A stretch of DNA of 62,342 bases, counting the filler, from Trypethelium eluteriae (Eukaryota): assembly GCA_051942245.1 (NCBI GenBank). It is 2 parts of 2 records of this genome, joined end to end, with 100 filler letters (N's around TTAATTAATTAA, not from the genome) between each part and the next. Parts side by side here need not be neighbours in the genome. Positions count along the whole stretch, not along the records: positions 1 to 31,150 come from JAVECL010000278.1; 1 more part is not named here. One strand, 5' to 3'. Shown one piece after another: positions 1-13,092 of the stretch. The number at the start of each line of letters is the position of its first letter. The stretch's first letter is position 1. Made by a program: the position numbers and the translations under genes. Below the pieces are notes generated by a model, which made no database searches, was not told where the DNA came from, and saw nothing but the letters and a program-made list of their open reading frames with translations.

Positions 1-454
1 GGATGCGGGAAAGGTGATTAATAAGGATGGGTTTCAGCCGTGGTAGGAGGGAGGTGGGTCTTGTATATGTATATATCTCCCATTTCGAGAGAGAAATTAG
101 GGGGAGAAGGCAGCATTGACCTTGCGTAGTTCAATTATACGCTCGTTATAGTGGAAGAATCTTGTCCGTCGTCCGGATAGTTGCGTCTCTCGAAATGTCG
201 AGAACGATGATCGTGGACCAGGGGGCTGGTGCACTCTTGGAATTGTTACGACGTCCATTACTGATTCTTAGATGGACTCTGTTAGATGGCTACCTAGAAT
301 ACTTGTCAGTCGTCGAAAGTGCAAGCAAAAGCTACAGGCGGGGATATCGGCAACTTGAGCGTTTCTCGACGTCATGTGCAGAGCAACATAAAACTACCTA
401 TAACCGCGTGATTTCCAAAAGAGTGATAAATCAGATTCACGTTTGTTTTCCACC

Positions 455-1432
455 ATGAGCGAGCAACCCACACGTCCGACCCGCTCCCTTTCTGGGCGCG
501 TCGCCATTGTGACAGGAGCAGGCGCTGCCGGCGATGGGATTGGCAATGGTCGCGCGTCTGCTATTCTGCTGGCCGAAGCGGGTTGTTCTGTCGTTTGCGT
601 AGACATCAAGTCCGAATTGGCAGAGCGTACAGTGGCGTTGATCGAGGAAGAGGGCAAGGGAAAAGCCATCGCAGTCGCTGGTGACATCACCAAGACCGAT
701 AACTGCAAGTCCATTGTCGAAACAGCGGTTTCGACTTACGGGAGATTGGATATTTTAATTAATGTTGTGGGAGTGGGAGGAGCTAGAGGAACAGCTTTAG
801 ATGTGGATATGGAGGAATGGGCTAAAGGAATGGAGATTAATGTGAGCACTATGGTGATGATGGCCAAGTATGCAATTCCGGAAATGGTAAAGAACCACGG
901 GCAATGGCGAGGGAGTATCGTAAACATGGGAAGTGTGGCGGGCTTGAGAGGAGGCACACCACATCTTCTCTACCCCACTGCCAAAGGGGCGATTGTGGTA
1001 AGTGAACACCTTAATGTGGCAAGCACAATGCATTTCGAAACCTGAGTGTGAAAATGCAGGATGGGCTTTCTATTTCTATGCTGAGTGTCTATCAAATTCC
1101 TGCTTTGCGTTTCTAATTTTTCGGAGCAGAATATGACACGGGCCATGGCGGCTCATCATGCCCTTGACGGTATTCGAGTGAATTGCGTGTGTCCGGGCAT
1201 GGTCTATACGCCCATGATGTATGCTTCCGGCATGACTGAGGAGGCACGAGAGTCTCGAAAGAACCGTAGCCTTCTCAAGACGGAGGGCAATGGCTGGGAT
1301 GTGGGTGCCGCCGTCCGATTCTTAGCCGGTGACGAGGCTAGATGGATGACTGGTGTAGTTCTGCCTGTTGACGCTGGAGCAACAGTCGCAGTGGGAAGTG
1401 ACCTCCCAAAAACTGCCAGTGTCAATCCGTAG
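455..1432 (+). CDS. Short-chain dehydrogenase/reductase (classical SDR, FabG-like); 2 exons (455-997, 1130-1432)
   Basis: Rossmann motif VTGAGAAGDGIGNGRA, GRLDILIN, NMGSVAG, catalytic YxxxK (YPTAK), IRVNCVCPG and C-terminal VDAG. The GTAAGT...CTAAT...CAG intron at 998-1129 joins the two ORFs in frame. Confidence 0.93.
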
Positions 1433-1487
1433 ATGGGGGAGCTAGAAGAGATTGCTTAGAATTGTCGATATTTGCTCAAGCGCCTTA

Positions 1488-3587
1488 TCAGTCATCGACT
1501 GGGGCAAATTTAGACATTTTCCGTAGCCGAAGTCCGTATTTCATGAAGACGAGAGGCACAGGTATGGCCAGTGTCGCAAAGGCGCCAAGTATTGACATTG
1601 CTGGCCCTACGCCCAAATTGTTGAACATCGCTGCCTCTTTTATTAGCATCGTCACGGGCTCACTCTCTGTTAAAGTAACTTACGCCTAGCGAATAGGGGG
1701 AAAGCTGCAGCCAGAACACTTCGAAGAAATGTATTCGCCGAAACTGCAGAGGCTGCATATAACATATAAGTGTCAACGAGAAAGTTGATACATTGTTGAA
1801 AGATGATATTGAAACCAGCTCCGATGAGTGCTGTGGCAATGACTGGTACCACCCAGTGGATACTTTTGTTGCCACCAGTCCAACCAAACCAAAACAGTCC
1901 CACGGCGAAACTTACAGCGCCAACAATCATAGGCTGAAGACGTGCCTCAGGAACTGGCTTGCCCCCATTAGCGTCCACAATCCTGCTGTACCTTGGTTGG
2001 TTCCCGAGATTGACGACCACTGCAAAGAGAACGCCCACGAAAAGGCCCAAAAAGGGTAAGGTGCTAACGACAAGTGGCCAGGCACGGATGTCTAAGAAGA
2101 CGATAGGAAATACTTCCAACGTGAGGTAGACCAAAGCGTAGCAGAAAGAAGCGTATATCGCTATACAGGTGACCATTGGTTCGGTGAACAGCATGCGTAG
2201 AGGGCGGGACAAGTGCTTCGTTACGATGCTTTGAAAATCGAGCTTGATGTCTTCGTGCGGATAGTGCCATGCCGAGTTTCCGGTCTCTTTCCGCAGGCGT
2301 TGCGCTTTCTTTTTGAGGAGAACTGGAGCGTAGACTTCGGGCATGCACAGCAAGGTCAGTGCAAATATCGCAAATACCCAGATTGCGATGATGTACTCAG
2401 TCCAACGCCAGCCAAGCTTGGGATTGACTACAATGGCGCTGCCGATCACAGGACCAATCTAGTAATGAATCGTTTAGCGATTGATGAGGAATAGATGATT
2501 GCATGCATGTGGGCAGTCAGAGTAGAGGGAAAATATATGAATGGATCAAACTTCTTTCTCGATACCATTTTGCAAAGAAAGCCAACGGGCTCCCAGTCAA
2601 AGGTGCCTGTATTGGTGTCTAAGGATGCAGAAGTTGGTTCAATCACTCAACCCTGACGTCCGTTTGCGTATAAGAAAGTGTATGGAGAAGCGATGAATGC
2701 AAAGCAACACTTACCGTTGGACCTCCAACGACAGCGACAGCGTAGAAAGTAACGGCGGTACCTCGTGCTTTTGGATGGTAGATGTCACCAAGCGCAGCGC
2801 TGACATTGCTGATGGGTGATGAGCCAAATACGCCCCCGAAGAACCTTGTGATTATGATTGAGGCAAAATTCTGACTCGTCGCGGTTCCGATAGAGAACAA
2901 TGCGAGACCGAAGACAGCTGGAATCATACTCCATTTTCTCCCCCATACCTCACTGATGGGTGCCCAACACAAGGGACCAAAAGCAAATCCAAGAATGTAG
3001 AGAGAAATGGTGAGGATGGTGGCTTCAGCAGAGACCCCGGTGTATGCGCTTATTTGTTGTTCGGCAGGTGATATGATACTGCTCGCACTGGAGCCAGATA
3101 GAGCAAGCATGCCCAGCTGGAATGTTATCCAGGCTTTATAGGTGGTGGACCAATTCTTGGGGTTGTCTGGGTCATTAGGCTCCCAGTCAACGAGGTAGGC
3201 ATCTTGGTCCTTAGGCTTGGGAGGTTGAAGGTGGTCTGCCCTCTCGACATCTGAAGAATCAGAGCGGCCTGTTCTCTCGGCGTTTAGGACATTAGAGCTG
3301 CCTGCTTCCTCGACGTCTCGAGCGGGGGAGCGACTTGCTTTTTCGATATCAGAGGGAGACAATTGACCCGCATTCTCAAGGTCAGATGTACGATGTGAAT
3401 CAGGAGGTCGAGTATCCGGCGGTGCTTTACGAGAGGAGGAGGATTTCAGTGAGGATTTCGGTGAAGTTGTCGATGAAATTTTGAGGTCAGGCCCCGGAGC
3501 ATGTGAAGGCGATGACGAAGGTGTCAGTGCGGCCCGAGTCGGCGAAAAAGAATCCGACGAGGGTCTCGCCGTTGTTTGGGCCATCAT
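1488..3587 (-). CDS. MFS transporter, DHA1 drug:H+ antiporter family; 3 exons
   Basis: DWEPNDPDNPKNWS, GPLCWAPISEVWGRK, RFFGGVFGSSP, WRW, PEVY, PEARL and YAASA motifs. Intron 2714-2459 (GTAAGT...TAG) and a second intron near 1684-1634; TGA at 1490-1488. Confidence 0.92.
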
Positions 3588-4771
3588 TGGCGCTAAGTCA
3601 GGTCAGGCTCTCCAAGTTCAGCCTCGTGAAGGCCTGAAGGGGAAGGGGACACACCACATGGCTTCTTGGCAACCGCATGTTAATAAAGATTTCTTATGAA
3701 GGCCGACACCGCCGAGATGGATGTCCGACCCGTGGCCAAGGCTAGGTCTGTCAATCCATCTGATAATTTACCGACTATCGGCCCACAGCCATGGCCCATC
3801 AACGTTTCCAACGTCATGACTCAATAACAGGCACTGACAGGGTGCACAGCGTGCTTGATCGGATATCCGGCATTGCTTGCGTAGCCGTGCATGCCATGTA
3901 CTCCACCAAAAATGTTGTGACCACCAACCCAAACGAGACCAAGGTCCTCATCTCGTAACATTGTTGCCAGCAGATTGGTAAGATTGGTAAGGTCTACGGA
4001 AGTAAATACCGCTTGCGGTAGCAGACTATCAAAACTTTACTTCTTTCTCTCCGTGGAAGGTCTTACCTTACCCTTTATTCGTGCTGAAGTAATACGACGG
4101 GCGAAGGCTAAACGGCACGACCTCGCCCTCCACTGAAACAAAGAGTTCCGTCAGTTGCTATTTGTCACAGCATACCCGCTACAAGAATAAGATACTGAGC
4201 ATGTGAGCCATCCTTTACGAGACGAGCGAAAAAAAGGCATGCAACAGCAGGTCAGGAAATATTTCGACGCAAGCTGCAGTCTTTACAGGTGTCCCCTACC
4301 TTTATCGGAAGTCTATAGGTAGCATACCGTACCTGTCTCTGTAGCCTACGGACATGGTGTAAATACGTCCAAACAGGAATCGACTTAGAAATATGTCCAG
4401 GCGGCATGCCAGCCTCATTGACGGCTCTACCGAGTCTCCCGAATCTCTTTTGCTATCTTGGTTGAGATTTGGGAGAACAATAAATTGACATCAACCAGGG
4501 GACGCCTTCTACTGCAGCTGTTCCGGGATACATGAGAGAGAAATTATAATGCCGGAGATAGACTACCTGTGGAGAGGATGGAGAGAATGAGGAAATGCTA
4601 GATGTTGCGAATATGGTCTTCTCGCTCCTCATATATCCTCGGCTACCTGCCAGACCTGAGGAGCACAGCTAGTCACAGACGGATAGGGCATGGACAAGGA
4701 GCTTCATCGATTGACCTTCAATTCATGCTCTCAGTCATTAACGAAAGCTCAAAATAACTCAGATATTAATT

Positions 4772-6874
4772 CTAGTGCGTCTGATTTGGATCCTTGATCG
4801 TGCTGCGGTGCAATCTCGCAAGCCAAGACCGGGAAAAGGAAGTGCGGATCCTCTTGCCCGCAAACATGAAAATAAGCAAAGCCATGTTATTGACCAGCAA
4901 CACAGCGGTGAAGACACCAGCGATGACGGTTGCGTATCCGTCCTTCAAAACCCAATCCAGGAGCTCGAACCCCATGCCAAACGAGATGGCTTGCTTACCG
5001 AGATTCATCGCAATAAGCCTAGGAGCATGGTCAGTCGGGATAGATGCAGATAGAGATGGAGTAGGAAAGACCAACATTTCGGAGAGATTGGCGTTATAGC
5101 TGTCTACCGAGTAGGCGAGCGTGAAAGAAAAGTAGAAATACGCTGTCACCCAAGCTGGTTAGATTTGCACTGTTCATTCATCCAGTAGCTGTACTTACCA
5201 CCCCAGTCGACCATTGCGACTCCTGCAAAATAACCTACCCAATGCAGATCTCTCTGCGCAGTCAAGCCATAAACAATTAGCCCCGCAGGACCAATCAACA
5301 TCGCTGGTAACATAACCCCAAGGCGCATCTCAGCCTCCCGGATTCCATTATTCTTACGTGTGAGATATGCTGCCAGCCGGTCCGAAGAAGGCATGAACCT
5401 GTACAAATGCTTAGCAATCCCTTCTATTCACGATGGAACCAAAAACTGAATGAAGACGTACGGTATAGCTAGGCCATATCCAATAATATAGGCGATCGCG
5501 ATGAGTCCCGTGTTCGTCTACTACCTGTTAGGCTGACTGGACTACAGATATCCATTTTGTCAACATACCTGGCTCCAAGAGTACGGCGGCTCAACAATCT
5601 TTAGAGGGAATGTGTAATTGAATGCCAGAGCGCCCAACCCAATATTTATACCGTAACTAGTCACAACCCATAATACGCAAGGAACGAGATAATAGGAAAA
5701 CGCCCGAATACTGGTCATGAAGAACGGCACCTCGTAGTTGATGTGGCCCCACGGCTTCAAGGTTTGGATAAAGGACTTCCGCGGAGGGACGTTTTCGTCA
5801 GCAGCAGGAGAAAGTGCAGCCTCTGAATGCTTCATTGCGGTTCCGGATTTCTCGTTATCAGAATCTGGATGAGAAGAGGGCGGCGACTGTGGTACTGGAC
5901 GCGAGCGTTTGTAATCCGTCTCTTCAACAAAAAAGAACGCGAGGACGAGCAGAGCGGCGCCAAAGGCAAACTCCACATAAAAGAAGAGCCTCCACGAATA
6001 GCCACCAGCGAGCATGTAACCGGCGTAAAGAGGACCTGTGGAGCCGAGGCAGAGGCAGACTGTCGATCATCCATTAGTGCCCATCATACGCGTAGGAGAG
6101 ATAGAGACCTGCTTGTGTATATCCCAATACGTTTGCCCCTCTCGTGCAAGAAGAAAATGTCGTTTACAAGCTGGACCGGGATTGCTTCGCAGACGGAACT
6201 TCCGAACCCTTGTATCACTCGCGCAGCCATCAGCCCGCTATATGTCGTTGCTTGGGATGACCCTATCAAGCCAGCAATATACTGCAAGCCGTATTAACAA
6301 TGCCCGGACTGTCATTTCGTGCCTCATACGCACAGTGAGAAGAGATAACAGCAAGATGGGTCTCCGCCCAAATTTCAGGTACGCCGGAACCAAGACCAGT
6401 GATCCAAACCCGTATGCAAGATTGGGATAGCTGACCAGCCCGCTGGCGGCTTCGGCGGTAATTTTGAACTCCTCGGCATAAATAGCAATGTACACCGATG
6501 GGCCAAGCAGGGCGGAGTTGCTGAGGAATGAATAAAGGGAACATATGACTAAGATCATTATTTTCTTGAAGTTTGACCACTTGAAGGAACTGCAGTCAGC
6601 GAAGTCCACAACTGATCAGAACATCTACTTACCTGAAGAGGATCGTTGGGGTCCTCAGCTGGGACAGGAAAAAGCGCCTGGCCATACGCTGTATCGTCGC
6701 CCTCTACGACGTTTATCAATACAGCTTCCCCAACAATGCGATGCAGTTTTGCAGACCTTTGGCTTGGAGGTTGACAGTACCGGGGATATCTCCTTCATGC
6801 GCATGACTGTGGACGAGATGTCTGTGCCGCTCATTGGCATCCAGATGGAGGCCATGAGCAATGTTTGACGCCAT
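4772..6874 (-). CDS. MFS transporter (HOL1-like), multi-exon
   Basis: Spliced fragments give IPGTVNL...PAEDPNDPL-WS, PAYLKFGRRP, RVIQGFGSSVCEAIP, DIFFLHERG, SWRLFFY and EAEMRL; the ATG of MASNIAH is at 6874; several short GT-AG introns. Confidence 0.88.
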
Positions 6875-7488
6875 GATGCGGTTGAGAACAAAATCGATCT
6901 CAAGTTCGCTCAGGGTCGTTTCAGACACCAGCTCGGTATATAAGAAAACGTCTGATACCGTTAAGGACGATGCATGTCAGAGGTCTGGCCATTGGTTCTT
7001 TGGTCTGCATTCTGCTTTCTTCTCGGCAGGTCAATCCTAGTCCCGCGTGGATAATCTCGACGCGTGCTGCGGGGCTAAAGTTAACTAGCTGGGGCTGATA
7101 GTTCTCCCCATGGGGTCTTGATTTGCAGACGACAAGGATCACCGTCAGACCCCGCGCAGTCTAGGCAGCCTAGCTATCGGTAGTTCTAGTTCAGTCCAAT
7201 GCCGGATGAAATCAGCTTTCTTCTGGGGTAGAACACGAGAATTTATTAAGATATTCGATCATGTGTAGGATACACAGGTGGCAGATATTCCGTACACAAT
7301 ATAGAATTCAGTCAATATCAAGAAGTATCACACTCACGAGCTGATATTGTTCCAGCCGAAATATCGGACGGTCATCGGTGAAAGAAGAGCGAGTAATATG
7401 ATACGGCAGAGTCCGGCTACCACATCCTGTACAAAGATTGCAATGGTAGTTTTCACGAAGTCGTGATGCTGATGCTGATAATGAGTCT

Positions 7489-9540
7489 TCATTCAACACG
7501 GTGGTCTATTCCCTCACGGAAGCCTCCTTGCACCTCGGTGGAATCCATTTGCCCACATAGATAGCTTTCCGGCGCCCGGAGAAGTTCGTCTGGCTTGGTC
7601 AAGTAAAAGGATAGGTCATTCTTACCACCATTCTCATCATCGTCTGCCTCCAGCTGGGTCGAGCCATTGCCCAGAAAATTCCACATGTTCCTCGAGTGAT
7701 GAACATACTCATAGTCTTCGTAACGAGGTTCGCTGATAGTTTCGTAATAATGCAGCGAAGATCCGGGCCAGATACCGATGACCTTTCCCTCAGCGCGACC
7801 TCCTTTGTACCATGATCGGCAGTTGTCAGAAAAGACCATGCGTTGTAAGAATTGTTGGTGACGTATGTTAAGCTGATAGGTCACGGAGCGCCTTACACAC
7901 ACTGCTCTGAGATGAGTTAGCTTTGCGATTCTTTGTCAGACGTGAAGTTATGCCTGTCATACTTGATATGCTCACGCTGCATTTTTTGAACCATCTTCAA
8001 CATATAGTCACATTGCTTTTCGAGGACAGGAATTAACGTTCCGTTGGAGATTGGAGCGTTGGGGCCGTTGAACACTGAACGATGGTAAGCTGGAAATGTT
8101 CACCAGGGTGCTGAACGGCATACTAAAGTAATTTGGGAAATCGGGTATCGCCACAGCAAGATAGGCTTCGATATCGTTTGTGTCAGCCCACAACTCTGAA
8201 AGGGGCGCCTGCTGCCGGCCCACAAGCTTGAATCGCGGTTTGTATGTGGTGTCGAACCCTGTCGCGCAGACGATGGCGTCGACTTCATGCAGTTTTCCGT
8301 CGGCAGTCACCAGACTTTTCTCTTCAATACGCTCGATCTCGTCCTTTACGACTGTCACATTCTCCTTGATGAGACTTTCTAGGAAGTTTTGGCCCGGAGT
8401 CAATCTTCTGCACCCAACCCCCCATTTAGGTGTAAGAAGTTCAGAGAGTTCTTCATTGCCTCCTAGACGACTCTTCATCATCTTTGCAAACTCCTCGAGT
8501 GCTCCTTTTTGCTTTTCGCTTCCCTTCATGAACGTACCAAAAGTTCGATTCATATCGGACTCGATGGATTTGCGATAAGCGAGGAAGTAATCCGGATCTT
8601 CGCGAAACTTCTTCTTATCCTCGTCCGTATAGAAAAAGTTTAAGGGACCCTCGGTCTTTGGGTCGACAAACCCCTGAGAAGGGGCTATCCAGGTTGGTGA
8701 TCGGATGAAGGCGCTGAGATGTTGAGCTATTCTTTGCAATTCGGGCACGATTTGGATGGCGGAAGAACCGGAGCCGATGATTGCTACCTTCTTTCCATAG
8801 AAATCGTAATCTCTATCCCATCTGGCAGAGTGACATAGATGTCCCTTGAAGTCATTCAGACCGGGGATGATTGGCCATTTCCAATTGTTGAGCAAACCGC
8901 AAGCATTAATTAAAACAGCACAATCTCTTTTGAAGATCGTCGTATGTTGAGGATTCTCGGGCGTGCTGACCTCAAACTCGAGCTCCCAAACACCTCGATA
9001 CTCGTTCCAAATGGCACTGTTAAGCTTATGGTGATACCTAATGTACTTTCCCAATGCATGCTTTTTTGCCACCGCTTTAAGGTAGTTGTGGATTTCCACG
9101 GAGCCAATGTAATATCTTGAGCTTCCAATTTTTTAGCATCAATGGACGGGTTATAGTTCTTTGTCCAGACTTACTAGTCTGGATTCGGCTCGAACGTGTA
9201 GGCGTATGCATGAGCTGGCACGTCGCCTGCAAAGATGGTTCAGAAAACGAAATTGACGAAAAAAACAAAATGAGAACCCACAAGCGCAGCCAGGGTATCT
9301 ATTTTCCAACCAAGTTCCGCCAAGATCTCCATTCTTTTCATAGATATCAAAATTGCAATTCGGCATGGATTCTTGCACTTTCATGGCAGCCGCCAAACCC
9401 GAAACACCAGCTCCGATACATACCACATCGATTTCGCGTTTGGTATTTAGCGGTTCTTCTCGGATCACATCTTCTAACGTGTTCTCGCTGCTGGACCAGC
9501 CGTTGGTGTGAGCAAAAGCTTCCTCCGCATGGGGTGCCAT
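7489..9540 (-). CDS. FAD-dependent monooxygenase, Baeyer-Villiger/FMO (class B) family; 5 exons
   Basis: GAGVSG (FAD), GGTWLENRYPGCACDVP, BVMO fingerprint FKGHLCHSARW, GSGSSAIQ (NADPH), GCRRLTPG, CATGFD and CRSWYK. Confidence 0.93.
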
Positions 9541-11233
9541 TAAGATTGGTAGGGCACTGATCAAATTGCGGATAAGTGATCTTTCAATGGTCTACCGGTA
9601 AGCGAGAATAAGATAGATGAAGTACTCAGCCACCGAGCATTTGTAGTATCTCGGATGGATGGCCTTGGCCGCCTCATAGTGGAGAACTCCACCCGAAGCT
9701 AAAGTGATCGTCATAGATAGCTGGGGTATCAGAGGTTTGCCGAGCCTGTCAGTCTGGGTCCTCCTGGTGGGCTGGTGGGCTGAGGGATGACTGTGACCTC
9801 AATTGCCGGCAGTGGGGTATTAACGCAGGTACGCCAGTTTTGCCTGTAACATGATTAGCACAGTGTTTGCATAATCTATACCATGTATTGGCATTAGCCA
9901 TGCAGGGGATGCACCAACAGTAAATATCGAATCTTGAACCTTCATCTTGTCAAACTCCACCTTGAGACAACATGCTATCTTTCACGCACTGAGCGTTGGC
10001 ACGGCTGGTTAGATAGTAAGAAAAACCTTAAGAGGGTTGAAGTTAAAATAGCGAAAGTGGGGTTGCTGCTGGGGTCATCCGAAAATTGGAGAACTACAAT
10101 TTCTTAACAGCCAGACAATGTCCACCTCGAAGCCTCGTCCTTTCAGTATATTTCTGAGACACGGTTGGATGATTTGTACGGTTTGTCTTTCACGAGTGTA
10201 ATCACTAGCGATGGGGCTCATTGCACAGCGCTATCCTGGCGCCTCTCAGACGAGAGAATTCGCTATCAGTCAGGCTGCATGGAATAGTTTAGAACCAAAG
10301 GATGCGGCTGTTGCAGCGGTTTAGCTCATTCACAACCTTTTCGAGATAACGGAGTCCTGCAGCTCAGCAGTACTGATAGCAAATGAGATGCCTAGGAAGT
10401 TTTGACCAGAATGAAGTCTGATGAGCGTAGAAAAAGACTCTGGGGAAGACTGTGCTCCAAGTCCCAACTTTTTCGAGGCAGCACTGCTCGATCCAGAGAT
10501 CCATCTCAAGAAATGCGCAGATCTATTTCTCTCGACAACGCGCAGCCTCACCTAGGAGACGGCTTTCCATTGTAGCGTCCAGCCTGACTGCGAGAGAGCA
10601 TGCATTTTAGTTCTGCATACCATAGTATTGTTTTGAGAAGTCCGTATTGCTAACGCTTACCCACAGCAGATGAGCTACCCTTTTTTGGCATTGGGGGTTG
10701 GCAAAGACTGCCACCGATGCTCTGTGCAATGCCATTGTTGTTGATTCTCCAGTCTGTCATACTAATTGTCTTTTGGTGGGATCAACGGTACCCTCGCTGA
10801 TCGTTGTTGCTGGGAGGGTGGAGAAGTGCAAAGTAGCGACTTGGGACATCGTTTGAAGCAGGAGTGCTGTGGAATTTTACGGGAATATACGCCCTGGGAC
10901 GCTACGTGAAATAGAGAGGATTGGACGGCAAAAAAATAGCAAGTACCAAGATAGAGGGTTCGGAAGCTGTTTGCACGACAACGAGTCGACGATAAACCAT
11001 CTTGTCCATACCATAGATGTACGTATACGTCACTTGACATGAGTCGGTACAGGTAGGTTTACCGGAAACGCCGAGACTTTGGAGATGTAGCAGGTGGAAA
11101 GGAGTTGAAGTGGCTCTGCCCTGCTAGCAGACAACAACACCACCGAATTTCGTTTAGATTCAGCTCCTGCGCAACCATGCGGATCTTTGGAACACCCAAA
11201 TATCATCCTTTGCCATTTAGGCGGAATGATGTG

Positions 11234-12176
11234 CTAGATGACGAGGTTTACATACATACCTTGCGCCTCCACTTCCCTTACCCACAATCTCCATGGCCTG
11301 TGCGCACTCCAAAGCGTCATCTCCATAGCTCCCTCCGTCTCCTCTTCGCTCAGCACGGCCAGTCCGCCGGCGACCTCCGATCTCTTCAGTCCATCATCCT
11401 TCGCAGCGACACCATTACTCCCACCAAGATAGGCACTTCTCGTGAGTAAGGCCGTGGTCTGGATCTCGGCATTCTTCTGGGTGTAGATCGCCCGCAAAAC
11501 ACAATCCTCAATCGTCTTCGCACACACACTATATCCGTGACCTCTCATCAGCACGACAGAATTGGGCGGCTCGCCATCCCGGCCTTTTGCGATTTTCTCA
11601 TCCCCTGTATCCTCAAATGACTCCGCCAAAGATGCACCAAGGCGCGTGTCCCTTACCAGCATATCCCTCCTATCTCCCTCCTTATATAGCTTTCCAATAT
11701 CCCAGATTGGCGTCCTGGTCCCCAGAAAACCCGCCATATGATAGCATGGCTGGATCGGCACGCCCGACACCGAGTACGGAACCACAGCTTCAGAATGACT
11801 GTGGATGACAGCATGCACGCCTGGGTACCTCTTGTAGGTTTCGGAATGGATGCAGCGCTCGGAGTAGCCGGGAGGCGAGGAAGGGTCGACGGGAGAGGCG
11901 TCCGAAACGTGGTAGACGACGAGATCGAGGGGCGAGGAGATGGTGCCTGGGGCAATGTAACGCGACATTATGAAGGTAGTGGGATCATGGGGGTGCCGCA
12001 CAGAGAGGTGGCCATAGGCGTCGAGGACACTGGTGGAAGACAGAGCATTAGGTTTGAGGTTGAACTACTTGGGAGCTAAAGGAACCCTACCGTTGGTAAT
12101 GAAGAATATGGCATCCTGAGATGAAGGTTCGTTGGATATGCTTAAGCAAGAGTTCATCTGATTTGGTAGTAGACAT
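11234..12176 (-). CDS. Class II aldolase/adducin-domain protein (metal-dependent aldolase/decarboxylase fold); 2 exons
   Basis: Exon 1 (MSTTKSDELL...HILHYQR) splices via GTAGGG...CTAAT...CAG to VLDAYGHLSVRHP; SERCIHSE, HSHS and LMRGHG metal-binding motifs. Confidence 0.9.
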
Positions 12177-13092
12177 TGGGGAAAAATAAGTGAAAGCAAC
12201 TAGCTTTGGATGAAAGAATGATGAGGCTTTCCAGCCTTAGAATGTCTTGCAGTGCGGTCCTTCGGAGCCATCTTCCGCGAGCCGCGCATTGCTGTCGTCT
12301 GATTGTCCATTGCTTTTCTGTCTTGATCACTCCTCTAAGCGGTCATCTGCGAATGAGGGGTAGAGGGGTGGCACAGGTAAGGTAGGTAGAGAGGGAGTCA
12401 AGGTCGGCAACATGCTCGGCTTAGTTGCTGCATCTCAACCTGGGATGATACCACCAATACGCAATCCTGCAACCAAGATCGGCACGCCGTTATGCACGGA
12501 TCTTGGGCATCTGTAAGAAGCGGGTCATCTAAGCCCCTTTCATCGTAATAAAACCTTTCCTTGCGATATTAAATACCGCCAGCGGGCATCCTCCTTGTAC
12601 CTCCGTCAGCTAGCTACCTATCTCCTAGATAAAAAGAAGGGGCTTAGGACTTGAAATCACTCGAAACACGTCCCTATCCTTCTTTCATTCATAATTCAGG
12701 ACTATCTTTTATCATCTGATAGTTTAGGTCAAATGAAGCAGGATAAAGGAGAACAGTAGGTACTTCAATAACGAAGCGGTATACCTATGTTGTAACTTGC
12801 CAGAAAGGTTAAGTGATGCGCGCCATACAGGCTAGTGGTATGGTCCTTACAGGCCTCCCCCGCACTTGGCTCATTGAGGGAACTCTAGCCATTGTAGGCT
12901 TGCTTCCTTATGCGGACGGACTTCACCTAATAATATGGTCATGGAGGACGCCGAGGCGGTCGGACCGCTGAACTGCTTCGTAAGATTGGTACATGATACA
13001 TAATCATCGTCACTCCGTACGTATATCTCCTTAGTGCCCTTCCCCAATACCTTTCTCATGGTCTTCTTCTCACTAGGTAGTCTTGAACCATA

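Noticed and set aside
9170..9180. Apparent premature TAG in the BVMO (CCA GAC TAG)
   Set aside because: The G belongs to a GTAAGT donor; splicing gives TA|C (Tyr), so the gene is intact.
10260..11040. Short ORFs between the BVMO and the aldolase as a possible pseudogene
   Set aside because: No recognisable domain or coherent splice model by eye.
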